IMG/VR virus record: IMGVR_UViG_3300037418_002260
Location: 3,987-67,986 of that record
Source of the DNA: a virus
Taxonomy: Duplodnaviria; Caudoviricetes
DNA length: 64,000 nt
Reading direction: 5' to 3' (one strand)
Part shown: piece after piece, positions 28,122 to 36,841 of the stretch
Layout: each line of letters begins with the position of its first letter
Position numbering within the stretch: the stretch's first letter is position 1
The notes under the pieces: generated by a model
The model's input: only the letters and a program-made list of their open reading frames with translations
What the model was told of the DNA's origin: nothing
Databases searched by the model: none
Made by a program: the position numbers and the translations under genes

Positions 28122-28444
28122 GGCAACCCCGCTGGAACTCCATTACGCATCCCGGTCTTATCAAGGATTCGGTCGAAGCTAAAGCCAGGGTTTCCAAGGC
28201 GCTCGGTCATCCCGCACTGGCCGCAGTTGCCGCCACAGGTATCGCAGACCTCGCGCCATCCGCCGTCGACCGTCCGCGCCCAGGTCGTGCCTCGCTGCTT
28301 CATCTCGAAGGTGCGGGGCGGAGCGATCAGGCATGGTGAGGTGTCAGGCGTGAAGCTCTTTTCGGACGAGTACGCATTGTAGCGCCAGCGGACGTAAGCA
28401 TCGACGATGCGGAGCCACGCTGCTCGAGCCAGCTTGCTCAGCAT
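28112..28444 (-). CDS. Hypothetical protein, 110 aa (CxxC-containing)
   Basis: ORF coupled to the repressor gene; CDTCGGNCGQC. Confidence 0.55.
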   Translation of the reverse strand: MLSKLARAAWLRIVDAYVRWRYNAYSSEKSFTPDTSPCLIAPPRTFEMKQRGTTWARTVDGGWREVCDTCGGNCGQCGMTERLGNPGFSFDRILDKTGMRNGVPAGLPRP

Positions 28445-29169
28445 TAGAACCGCTCCTTGAACGAGGTGATTTCGCGGACGCCTTGCGACCGGACGTTCAC
28501 CTCAATCTTGCCACGCTGACCAGGTGTGCCGAGCTCGATCGCCTCGTCGGTGATTTCAAACACCGAGAAATTGAAGCCCTCGAGGCGCATCACGCCAATC
28601 GGCACAGTGTTCCGCAGGTCAGTCGGCACGGAGAAAACTATCTGCCCGCCCTCGCGCTCCTCGGCGACGATGACATGCAGCGGATAGTTCGCGCCGCGGA
28701 TGATCGCATGGAGGTCGATGTGCTGCGCGATAGCGAAGCGGTCGTCATCCTCCGGAAAGGCAACCACGGCACCGTCCATCTGAGCGATGCCGGCGACAAA
28801 GTTCACGGCGCCCGAGACCATCGCGTTGCGAGCACGGCGCTGCTGCGGCGTGTCCGACGCATCCTCGCCGAGCATCAGCCACGATGCGTCGACCTTGAGC
28901 ACCTCGGCGAGATGTTCGACCCTGTCCTTGTGGGGCATGGACTCGCCGCTGAACCACTTGCGGATTGACTCGACCGAGACCTCCTGGCCGCGCTTCGCGA
29001 GCTGGTCCTTGATATAAACGTATCGACCCTGCCGCATCGGCGGCACATTCGGGTTCATATCCGCGGCATGGTTGAACCGCTCGGCGAACTCGGGCGAGCG
29101 GATAACCCGCCAGCCTTCCTTTTCCGGCTTCTCAACACCTCGCTGCCACAGGCTACGTTCGGCGTTCAC
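28444..29169 (-). CDS. XRE-family HTH regulator, candidate immunity repressor
   Basis: VSVESIRKWFSGESMPHKDRVEHLAEVLKVDASWLMLG; next to attP; a palindromic operator lies just upstream at 29197. Confidence 0.75.
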   Translation of the reverse strand: MNAERSLWQRGVEKPEKEGWRVIRSPEFAERFNHAADMNPNVPPMRQGRYVYIKDQLAKRGQEVSVESIRKWFSGESMPHKDRVEHLAEVLKVDASWLMLGEDASDTPQQRRARNAMVSGAVNFVAGIAQMDGAVVAFPEDDDRFAIAQHIDLHAIIRGANYPLHVIVAEEREGGQIVFSVPTDLRNTVPIGVMRLEGFNFSVFEITDEAIELGTPGQRGKIEVNVRSQGVREITSFKERF

Positions 29170-29286
29170 TGGTAGTCCCCTTCAAAGTTGTGTTACTCAA
29201 CAGAAAGTTGACTACTAAGTGATTCGGGGACGCGAGTCAACCGCATTAATAGTGTATTAACAAAAGGTAAGGCGTTCGAGAAAATG

Positions 29287-29673
29287 TCACCCTATTAGAA
29301 GGGCTTGCTCCGTTTTCTCTCGGCTTTCCGCGGATGTGCGGGCCAAAATATAGATGCCGCCAGCCTTCACCCAGGCTCTCTCGAACAGGATTTGCGCTTC
29401 GCGCTGCTGACCACTCTCGGTCTTGTTTTCAACTGCCAGTGCATGTCCGCAGGTGACTCCGATGATGTCCGGCGACCCCTCGAGGCCGAAGCGCACGGGC
29501 CGAGCGTTGCGCAGAATGACCATGCCCGGCTCGATGCGGACAGTCGACCCCGTCCGGCCTTCAACGCGCCGACCCTGCCATGCCTGGCCGGTGTTGTTGC
29601 GCCAAACCATCGTGTTCGGCATCGCCGACAGCTCGATCAGCGATTCTGCTAGGACGCGGCGCTCAGAGGTCAT
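29287..29673 (-). CDS. VRR-NUC domain nuclease
   Basis: WRNNTG...FGLEGSPDIIG...AVENKTESGQQREAQ. Confidence 0.85.
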   Translation of the reverse strand: MTSERRVLAESLIELSAMPNTMVWRNNTGQAWQGRRVEGRTGSTVRIEPGMVILRNARPVRFGLEGSPDIIGVTCGHALAVENKTESGQQREAQILFERAWVKAGGIYILARTSAESREKTEQALLIG

Positions 29674-31163
29674 CGGATTTTACCACCCTTGCGCAGCTTC
29701 CACTGCACTTTCGCCCATCCGACCGGGTTCTTGTAACCGCGTGCCTTGGCCAGAGCGATGAAATCATCAGGAGTCTTGCAGGCTCGTTGCTCAGCCTTCC
29801 GTTCGATCGCTCGGCGCCGTTGCAGTTCCTCGCGCTCGACCTTGGTCAGCTGGCCAGCCTCCTCCTCGAGCTTCCGCACCTGAACGGGGAACTCGGTGCC
29901 GCAGCCAGGGCATTGCGCCGCCGTCGAAGGCGACACGCGGAAACAGACCTTGCACTGCCGCACGGGGAGGGCATCGTTCTCGCCGGCAGCGCGCTGCCGC
30001 ACGACCCGGCCCTTGAGGCTCCACTCGCGCTCGTCGTCCGGCAGACCATGCCGGAGCACGTTGCCCGCGTGGTCAGCGAGCACCGCCTTGTCCTTGCCCT
30101 CGAAGATCCGCAGCGCTCGTCCGCATTGCTGCATGAACAGCGAAAGCGATTTCGTCGGCCGCGCGAGGCCGCAATAGACGATGCCTGGGACGTCGAAGCC
30201 CTCGCCGAACAGGTCCACGTTCGTCATCACGCGAATGTCACCTGCGCGGAAGGCATCGACGATCCGCTTGCGCTCCTTGTCAGGCATGGCGCCATCGACA
30301 TGCGCGGCGCTGAATCCATTGCCCGAGAATGCGTCGGCCAGCTTGCGGCTGTTCTCTCTGCTCGCCGCGAACACGATGCCAGGCTCGCCCGCCGCCAACT
30401 GGTGATAGTGCTCGATGATGTCACCGATGAGCTTCGGCTTATCCATCAGCTCCGCCACCTCGCCGCGGTTGAAATCACCGCCGACCGTGTGAAGGCTGCT
30501 CGTGTCCGGTACGCTCGGAGCGTAGTAATCGAAATCGGAGAGGTAGCCGCGGCGGATGAGCTCGGCCACGGGCGGGCCTTTAATCATCACATCGAACTTG
30601 TCGTCGAGACCCTTGCCATCCAGCCGCTCGGGCGTGGCGGTCAGGCCGATGATGAACCCGTCATATGCCTCGAGAATGCGCTCCCATGACGCCGCGGTCG
30701 CGTGGTGGCATTCGTCGAGCACCGCGAGGTTCGGCGGCAGGAGTTTGTCCAGGCGATTGACGAGCGTCCCGACTCCGGCAATCGACACGAGTTCGTCCTC
30801 GAGGAAGGGATGGCCGGCTGCAACAAAGCCGTGCGGGATCCCGAACCTAGTGAAGGTTTCGCTGGTCTGGTCGATGAGCTCCTTGCGGTGAACGATGAAC
30901 TCGGACGTCAGGGCTAGGTCCATCGCGCTGCCGTGCATCGCCGCCGCCATGACGGTCTTGCCGCCTCCGGTCGGCAGCTGGAGCAGGATGCGCCGGACAC
31001 CGAGGCGCATGTAGCTAATCGCCTCGAGGAGCATCTCCTCCTGGTAGTCGCGGAGCTGGCGCTTGCGGATGTGATAGGGGTCGAACGGAATCGGCCCGAT
31101 GGGCGGGCGAATGCCGCCGAGCACCGAGAGCCGGAGAAAATCGACGGCGGTCTGAGTGTCCAC
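29670..31163 (-). CDS. Superfamily II (DEAD/DEAH) helicase
   Basis: LRDYQ, LPTGGGKT, DECHH, GLTATP, RPTKS..LFMQQCGRALR, C-terminal Zn finger. Confidence 0.93.
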   Translation of the reverse strand: MDTQTAVDFLRLSVLGGIRPPIGPIPFDPYHIRKRQLRDYQEEMLLEAISYMRLGVRRILLQLPTGGGKTVMAAAMHGSAMDLALTSEFIVHRKELIDQTSETFTRFGIPHGFVAAGHPFLEDELVSIAGVGTLVNRLDKLLPPNLAVLDECHHATAASWERILEAYDGFIIGLTATPERLDGKGLDDKFDVMIKGPPVAELIRRGYLSDFDYYAPSVPDTSSLHTVGGDFNRGEVAELMDKPKLIGDIIEHYHQLAAGEPGIVFAASRENSRKLADAFSGNGFSAAHVDGAMPDKERKRIVDAFRAGDIRVMTNVDLFGEGFDVPGIVYCGLARPTKSLSLFMQQCGRALRIFEGKDKAVLADHAGNVLRHGLPDDEREWSLKGRVVRQRAAGENDALPVRQCKVCFRVSPSTAAQCPGCGTEFPVQVRKLEEEAGQLTKVEREELQRRRAIERKAEQRACKTPDDFIALAKARGYKNPVGWAKVQWKLRKGGKIR

Positions 31164-31166
31164 GCG

Positions 31167-31397
31167 CTACGCTGCGAGCGTGGCCATCACATCGTCGAAC
31201 GTGCCTTCCACGGTGACGCGGGAGCCGCCGACGAAACAGATAACGCTGGTCTCAACGCTTCGCCCATAGCCCTCAGAGGGCGGATTCCAGGCGTACTCGG
31301 TATGGCCCTGCTCGACTGCGACGACCTGGTCGACGATGACGATGACCTTGCCCGCGAAATAGCGGTCATGAATCTTTGTGAACTCGGCGGTTTTCAT
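31167..31397 (-). CDS. Hypothetical protein, 76 aa
   Basis: In-operon ORF overlapping the polymerase stop. Confidence 0.65.
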   Translation of the reverse strand: MKTAEFTKIHDRYFAGKVIVIVDQVVAVEQGHTEYAWNPPSEGYGRSVETSVICFVGGSRVTVEGTFDDVMATLAA

Positions 31398-33334
31398 GCG
31401 GCGATCGCCTGGATGAGCCAGTCGTATCGGCGAGCAGCATAGACGCGCACCTTGACTGGCGGTGGAGGTCTGCGGTCGGCGCCGATGGCCATGATGATTT
31501 CGCGTGCCTCGGCGATGTAGCGGTCGTAATCAATGTCGATTGGCAGCTCGTCCGGCAGCACCATGACGGGGCGGCAGCCGTCGCTCTTACTCACCTTCTT
31601 GTGGTTGCCGGTCGTCGGATGCGCCTTCTTCGACAGGATCGGAGCGCCGTCCTTTGACCAGATGAAGCGAACGTACTTGCCGAGGTACTGTCCGCGCCAG
31701 GTGCCGCCGCCGTCGACCTTCACAACCGTCACGAAATCGCGGATGTCGTCGCGTTCGCGGATGGTCTGGTCGACCGGAATGCCCTTCGTCAGCCAAGCGA
31801 CGACTGCGTCCGCGCAGACGTTCATGCTCGGCGACGTCATCATCTGCGTGCGCAGATCGGGCGGCGTTTCCTTGAGTGGATTGCTGAGCGGCCCCTTCCG
31901 CTTCGCCTTCCCGTTCTCCTTGATGGCGATGTAGCTGTTGACGCTCTGACTATAGAGGCCCGAGTACCGCGTGGACTCGAGTTCAAAGCCCGTCTGCCGC
32001 TCCCACCGCTTCGTGATTTCCATGAGCTGCGGCTCGAGGTCGCGCGGGCAGTGGAACACTACGCCGTCAGTGTTGCCCGAAACCACCTTGATGCCCGCGG
32101 CTTCCGCCCATTCGATGAGCATGAGCAGCGCGAGCTGGCCGGTCAGCGTCACGGCAATCATCAGGTGCGGCGCGTACAGGATGGAGAACGGGCTACCGAG
32201 CTTGCCGAAGCAGCCGTTGAGGGCGATTTTCAGGCCTTCGGCAGTCGTCGTGTCGCCGGCACGCTTTGCGGCCACGCGCTGCTGACGAATCTTGTCGAAC
32301 ACCTGGATGAATGCCCGCCCGAGCGCCTTCGGGTACAGGCCGGAACCGATGATGATGGCCGGGTAGTAGGAGGCAACGTCAAAGTCGATGAGGACATGGT
32401 CCTCGTCGGCGACGACAGCGCGCTCCTTCTCGGTCGAGTGCAGCCCGCCAATTCCCATCGCATATTCAGTCTCGCCGATGCGAACGGTGCGGTTGTGCAG
32501 GAAGGGTGGCATGTCGACCTTGCCGTTCGCCTTCACGACGAACTCGGTGTCGGCCAGGCGCCGCATGACCTCGACCATCTCCGGATGCTCGAACTTGAGC
32601 CAGTCGGGCGCCTTGTACGGGAAGGTCTCGCCGGTGCGGGCCTTCTCCTTTTTGACCTTCTGTCCGGTGACCTTCTCGACCTCGCGCTTGATGATGGCCT
32701 CGCCAATCTGCGCGTCCGATTTCGACATGAAGCCGAGGCGGTTGTTCTCGGTGAGATATTGCTTGCCGAGCGCTTCGCGCAACTCGAGGCGGTCCTTGAG
32801 CGCGTGGAACAGGTCGATAGTGTCGTCGAGGTCGTGGCCGTTGTATCGCGCGACCTCGTCCATCTGCTCGTGCGTCAGAATCGTGTCGTGCTCGAACGGC
32901 AGGTCCTGCAATGTCTTTGAGTGGAGCCGGCCGGCGAGCAGTTTCAGCGCCGCGAAGGCGTTCGGCTGCGGCTCGATGAGGTCGATGTGGTCAAGCTCGC
33001 GCGGGATGCGGATGCCGAGCAGGTCCTCGACGTCCCAATACTTGACGCCGCCGTTGATGATGCGGTCGCTCGCGCGCTTCAACTGGTCGTTGGTAGCGCC
33101 CGTGCCTTCGGCCCCGCCGTACAGCGCATAATAGATGAGCGGAATGTCGTAGGTCAGGCCGTGGAACGTGATGATGCGATGATTGAGGAGGACGCGCTTG
33201 AGTCTCTCCTTGTCGAGCGTCGCACGGTCGGACATCTCGAATTGCAGCAGCGTGCCGTCGCTGATCCGCTTGAGACCAACGAGGAAATAGTTGCGATAGA
33301 GTTCGATGTCGCAAGCGACAGGCTGCTTGGTCAT
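31394..33334 (-). CDS. Phage DNA polymerase, family-B-like
   Basis: Exo CDIE near the N-terminus; DFDVASYYP (motif A), GLKIALNGCFGKLG (B), SGNTDG (C). Confidence 0.85.
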   Translation of the reverse strand: MTKQPVACDIELYRNYFLVGLKRISDGTLLQFEMSDRATLDKERLKRVLLNHRIITFHGLTYDIPLIYYALYGGAEGTGATNDQLKRASDRIINGGVKYWDVEDLLGIRIPRELDHIDLIEPQPNAFAALKLLAGRLHSKTLQDLPFEHDTILTHEQMDEVARYNGHDLDDTIDLFHALKDRLELREALGKQYLTENNRLGFMSKSDAQIGEAIIKREVEKVTGQKVKKEKARTGETFPYKAPDWLKFEHPEMVEVMRRLADTEFVVKANGKVDMPPFLHNRTVRIGETEYAMGIGGLHSTEKERAVVADEDHVLIDFDVASYYPAIIIGSGLYPKALGRAFIQVFDKIRQQRVAAKRAGDTTTAEGLKIALNGCFGKLGSPFSILYAPHLMIAVTLTGQLALLMLIEWAEAAGIKVVSGNTDGVVFHCPRDLEPQLMEITKRWERQTGFELESTRYSGLYSQSVNSYIAIKENGKAKRKGPLSNPLKETPPDLRTQMMTSPSMNVCADAVVAWLTKGIPVDQTIRERDDIRDFVTVVKVDGGGTWRGQYLGKYVRFIWSKDGAPILSKKAHPTTGNHKKVSKSDGCRPVMVLPDELPIDIDYDRYIAEAREIIMAIGADRRPPPPVKVRVYAARRYDWLIQAIAA

Positions 33335-33394
33335 TCAGCAGTGTCGGCCACGGCGGAGATAATGGCTCCGAACCCCGCCGTGGCCGAACCCCTC

Positions 33395-34096
33395 TTAGCC
33401 GATGCCGTCGAAATCGCTGTCGGCGTTCGACGAGCTGCCAGCGGCGGGCGTGCCGCCGAAGGAATCGTCGTCGTCGAGGTCGTCGAAATCGTCCGCGGTG
33501 GCGCGCGGTCCGCCGCCGAGGCGCTCGCCTTCCTGGCGCGACCGGATGGCTTCAATGGACGCGAACACGCCCTTGCCGCCCTTGTCGGTGCCGAAGAAGG
33601 AAATGACGACATCGGCATAGAAGCCGCCCGCCATCACATCGAGAATATCCTTCTCCTCGACCTGACGCTTGTAGCGATCGAGCAGCAGCGGACGGTGTTG
33701 ACCACCCTTCGGGCCACTGGCGCTGATGCCCCAATTCCCGGCGTAGCCTTTGTACACCTCGCCATCGTTGTTCTTGAACCGCTCGCCCTTGCGGAAGCAA
33801 AGCCGCTTCGGGTTGTCCTCCTGGATTTCCTTCCAGGTGTCCTCCTTGCCGAACTCCTCCTTGCAGGCGGCTTTGATGGCCGACTGGATGGCGGCGAGGT
33901 TGGCCGGATAGAGCTCAGCGGCCTTCTTCGACAGCGGGTCGTCGCCGGCCGTCTGGACGATAATCAGGTTGCAGCTGTGCTTCGGCTCGCCGTTCTCGAC
34001 GGTCGCCTTCTTGTCCTTCAAGGAATCGGTGAAGGACAGGCGGACCATTTTCAGCTTCACCGTCCGCGGATCTGCGGGCTTCGGTGCTTCACTCAT
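33395..34096 (-). CDS. ssDNA-binding protein (DUF2815 family)
   Basis: VRLSF..L...A...GEPK.S, CFRKG, GGFYADV, LEAIR-like IEAIR..EGERLGGG; acidic tail. Confidence 0.85.
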   Translation of the reverse strand: MSEAPKPADPRTVKLKMVRLSFTDSLKDKKATVENGEPKHSCNLIIVQTAGDDPLSKKAAELYPANLAAIQSAIKAACKEEFGKEDTWKEIQEDNPKRLCFRKGERFKNNDGEVYKGYAGNWGISASGPKGGQHRPLLLDRYKRQVEEKDILDVMAGGFYADVVISFFGTDKGGKGVFASIEAIRSRQEGERLGGGPRATADDFDDLDDDDSFGGTPAAGSSSNADSDFDGIG

Positions 34097-34146
34097 GTCG
34101 TTACTCCTGGTTGCGGTGATGTCGGTTGCGCGGTGATGTCGGTTGC

Positions 34147-35349
34147 CTAGTCGTCCAGGTCGTCGAACATCTGCTCGAGGTTAATCAGCATTGCAGGTCG
34201 AGCGTCCTGCTCGCTGACGAGCGCGGGCTTTCGCGTGCCGCGTTCGATCAGCTCCTCCAGCTCAGGGAAATCCTCGAGCTTGAGTTCCTTCGACACCTGA
34301 GTCGGTGTCTTGATTTTGCGGTTGAACCTGTCCTCGCCGAGCAGCGGCACCAGTGCCGCGTCAGCATTCACGAGGTCCTTCCATTTGTCGGGTGACTTGC
34401 GGCCTTCAACCGCCTTCTTGCCGCCGCAGGGGCGACCCTTGAGCGCGTCGTCGAGCGCCTGAGCGTGCAGCTTGTCGAACCAGCTTTCGCAGAGCTTGCG
34501 ATTGTCGAGCAGGAAGCTGCGGCGCTCGGGCGTCATCACGACCGGCAGCTCCATCGGGCCACCGAGCAGGATTTCCTCGTCGATGTCGTCGAACTCTTTG
34601 CCGAACAGCTCGAGCATGAAAGTATCGAGCGTCGGACAGCCGCCTGGTGCTTCGCGACGCTTGCAGAAGCGGCATCCTTTCTCGCTCGCCACGCGAGGGG
34701 CGTTGGGATCGCGCGTGCGCTCAGCTGCGAGGCGCGCCTCCTCGCCGAACTCGAGCAGTTGCTTGAGGTTCGTCCGCCACTCGCCTCCGCCGCCGCTGCA
34801 CCGCGGTTGGTCGATGATGATGAGGAACTCAGTCGCGTCGGTGCGGTGGCGGGCGATGTCGCGCCAGAAGCCGAGACCATATAGCGACAACTGACGGTTC
34901 TCGATGGGACTCACGGGAATGCCGCGGCCCCACTTGAGGTCGTCGATGATGATGAGATCGGGCAGGATGATGCCGCGGTCGAGCGTGCCGAACTGGTCGG
35001 CGCCGAGCCAGTGGCTCAGGTCGACGCGGTGCTCGCCGAAGAACTGCCCGCCGAACTCGCGCACCTGCGCGATGCCGAAGCTGAGATTATCGGCGTCATC
35101 CTCGTCCCACTCGAACGAGAAGCCTTCGACGCGAGCGCGATGGCCGATGAAATCGTAGGGGTCGAGGCCGAGCGCGAGGCACTCCTCGCTAATCATGTGA
35201 GCGAAGGTGCCTTCTGCCGCTTCCTGGCTGGACTCGTCGGGCAAGCCCTCCTCGGCAGCAACGCTGCCAGGGCAGACCATCCATCGGTCGGCGCCGGACG
35301 GGCCGAGTTTAGCGTGGGCCGTCAAGCACACCTCGGCGGCGACGGCCAC
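34147..35349 (-). CDS. DUF2800 family PD-(D/E)xK exonuclease
   Basis: HAKLGPSGADRWMVCPGS, AAEGTFAH, FGTLD, IDDLKWGRG, NRQLSLYGLG, GCRFC. Confidence 0.88.
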   Translation of the reverse strand: MAVAAEVCLTAHAKLGPSGADRWMVCPGSVAAEEGLPDESSQEAAEGTFAHMISEECLALGLDPYDFIGHRARVEGFSFEWDEDDADNLSFGIAQVREFGGQFFGEHRVDLSHWLGADQFGTLDRGIILPDLIIIDDLKWGRGIPVSPIENRQLSLYGLGFWRDIARHRTDATEFLIIIDQPRCSGGGGEWRTNLKQLLEFGEEARLAAERTRDPNAPRVASEKGCRFCKRREAPGGCPTLDTFMLELFGKEFDDIDEEILLGGPMELPVVMTPERRSFLLDNRKLCESWFDKLHAQALDDALKGRPCGGKKAVEGRKSPDKWKDLVNADAALVPLLGEDRFNRKIKTPTQVSKELKLEDFPELEELIERGTRKPALVSEQDARPAMLINLEQMFDDLDD

Positions 35350-35534
35350 GGCGTCAGTTCGGATGCGAAGCGGAGCGGGCCAACGGTTATCGGGCGCTCG
35401 AACTCGGCGCGCGCATCAACGACGACGCCTGAAAGAATGCCGAGCGCAATGAGGACACTGCGCTCGGCGGGGTCGAGCGCCGCCATCTCCCGAGCGCGAA
35501 GCTCGGCAACCTCGTTGGAGATAGCGGCGCTCAT
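35322..35534 (-). CDS. Hypothetical protein, 70 aa
   Basis: In-operon ORF. Confidence 0.5.
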   Translation of the reverse strand: MSAAISNEVAELRAREMAALDPAERSVLIALGILSGVVVDARAEFERPITVGPLRFASELTPWPSPPRCA

Positions 35535-35538
35535 CTGG

Positions 35539-35730
35539 TTACGCGGTCGGGTTGATGAGATGCCGGACGGCGAAATACGCCGCCGTCACCGCCAACACCG
35601 CCGAGCCGATAAGGTCGACGACCTGCACCGTGCCGGTCGGCAGAACGCCGTAACCGACCGCGGCGGTGACCGCCGATGTGACAGCCGAGATGACTGCCTT
35701 TTCCTTATTCGTCAGCGAGCTCTGGTCCAC
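35539..35730 (-). CDS. Small two-TM membrane protein (holin-like)
   Basis: 63 aa with two hydrophobic segments; GGGAG RBS. Confidence 0.6.
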   Translation of the reverse strand: MDQSSLTNKEKAVISAVTSAVTAAVGYGVLPTGTVQVVDLIGSAVLAVTAAYFAVRHLINPTA

Positions 35731-35760
35731 TTGGGTACTCCCTATTTTAGTGAGTCGCGA

Positions 35761-36324
35761 TTAGCCGATGCCGTCGAACTCGGAGTCGGCTCCGCCCGAC
35801 ACACCCTGGGCGGGATCCCCTGCGAAATCGTATTCGGCAGAGAAATCGACGGTCTGACCCGCGGCGAACCGCTTGAGGTAGAACAGGGCTTGCGCGCGCT
35901 GCTCGGGGTCCTTGATGCCGTTGTCGCCAGCGAGCGCCGCGGTGCCGAAATTGTCGGTGATCGACTTGATGTTGGCAGCGCGAGCCTTGCGGTCCTCGAC
36001 GTTCTCGCCCGCGCCCTTGATATAGGCGGTGGCTTCGGCGCGGAGGTCGTCCTCGGTGACGCCCGGCGCGGCCTGGTCAGACGCATTGGCGGCAGCGCCC
36101 GCCTGAGACCCCGTGTCGGCACTGCCGGCGCCAGCGTTTCCCGAGTTGTCGGCGTTCTCGGTGGTTTCCTTCGGCCTGCGAGTGCGGGTGGTTTTCGTGC
36201 CGCCCGCGTCCTTGTTCTGAAGCTGCTCGAGCGCGGCTTCGCGGCCAGCTTCGAGCTTCTCGAGGACGGCGGTGTTCGCGACCACCGCGGCGGTCAGCTC
36301 CGCCAATGCTGATTCAATGCTCAT
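35761..36324 (-). CDS. Ala-rich hypothetical protein of the replication operon
   Basis: MSIESALAELTAAVVANTA...; typical first gene ahead of DUF2800; ends DSEFDGIG. Confidence 0.75.
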   Translation of the reverse strand: MSIESALAELTAAVVANTAVLEKLEAGREAALEQLQNKDAGGTKTTRTRRPKETTENADNSGNAGAGSADTGSQAGAAANASDQAAPGVTEDDLRAEATAYIKGAGENVEDRKARAANIKSITDNFGTAALAGDNGIKDPEQRAQALFYLKRFAAGQTVDFSAEYDFAGDPAQGVSGGADSEFDGIG

Positions 36325-36488
36325 GCTAAGACTTGCTCCTCTGTGATTCCTGCTCACCCCACCGGCGAGTCGACGACCTTATTGCCCGCGCAGCGGAGTT
36401 CAGTCAACTATTTAGTGAGTTCAGCAACAATCAGTTGATTTGGCAATGCGCCTCAATTACAGTCGGGGCAACCGGAGGGACGAATCGA

Positions 36489-36797
36489 ATGCAAGTTGCC
36501 GATGCACCACAGCGTTTCAGCTGGACTGGAACCGAGCTGTACAAGACCCTCTGCCACATCTTTCCGACGCTTCGCACGCGCAAGCAGAACGTGCTCGACG
36601 TCAAGGCGCTCGCCCATGAGATCGGCATGACCGAGGAGGGCGTCCGCAAGTGGCTCCGCGCCGGCAGCATTCCCAAGCGGAGCGGCGTCGAACGCCTGGT
36701 CAACCTCGCGAACAGCGAGCCGTACTCAAGCCACCTCGCGGAGCGCGGCATAGCGCCTCCAACCAAGCAGGATTTTGCACGCTTCCTGCTCTCCTGA
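36489..36797 (+). CDS. Cro-like HTH DNA-binding protein
   Basis: LDVKALAHEIGMTEEGVRKWLRAGSIP; divergent from the replication operon, upstream of the primase. Confidence 0.75.
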   Translation: MQVADAPQRFSWTGTELYKTLCHIFPTLRTRKQNVLDVKALAHEIGMTEEGVRKWLRAGSIPKRSGVERLVNLANSEPYSSHLAERGIAPPTKQDFARFLLS

Positions 36798-36841
36798 CGA
36801 CCTGTCGCTGAGTGAATGGGTTTCGGGCGACAGGAGCGTGA

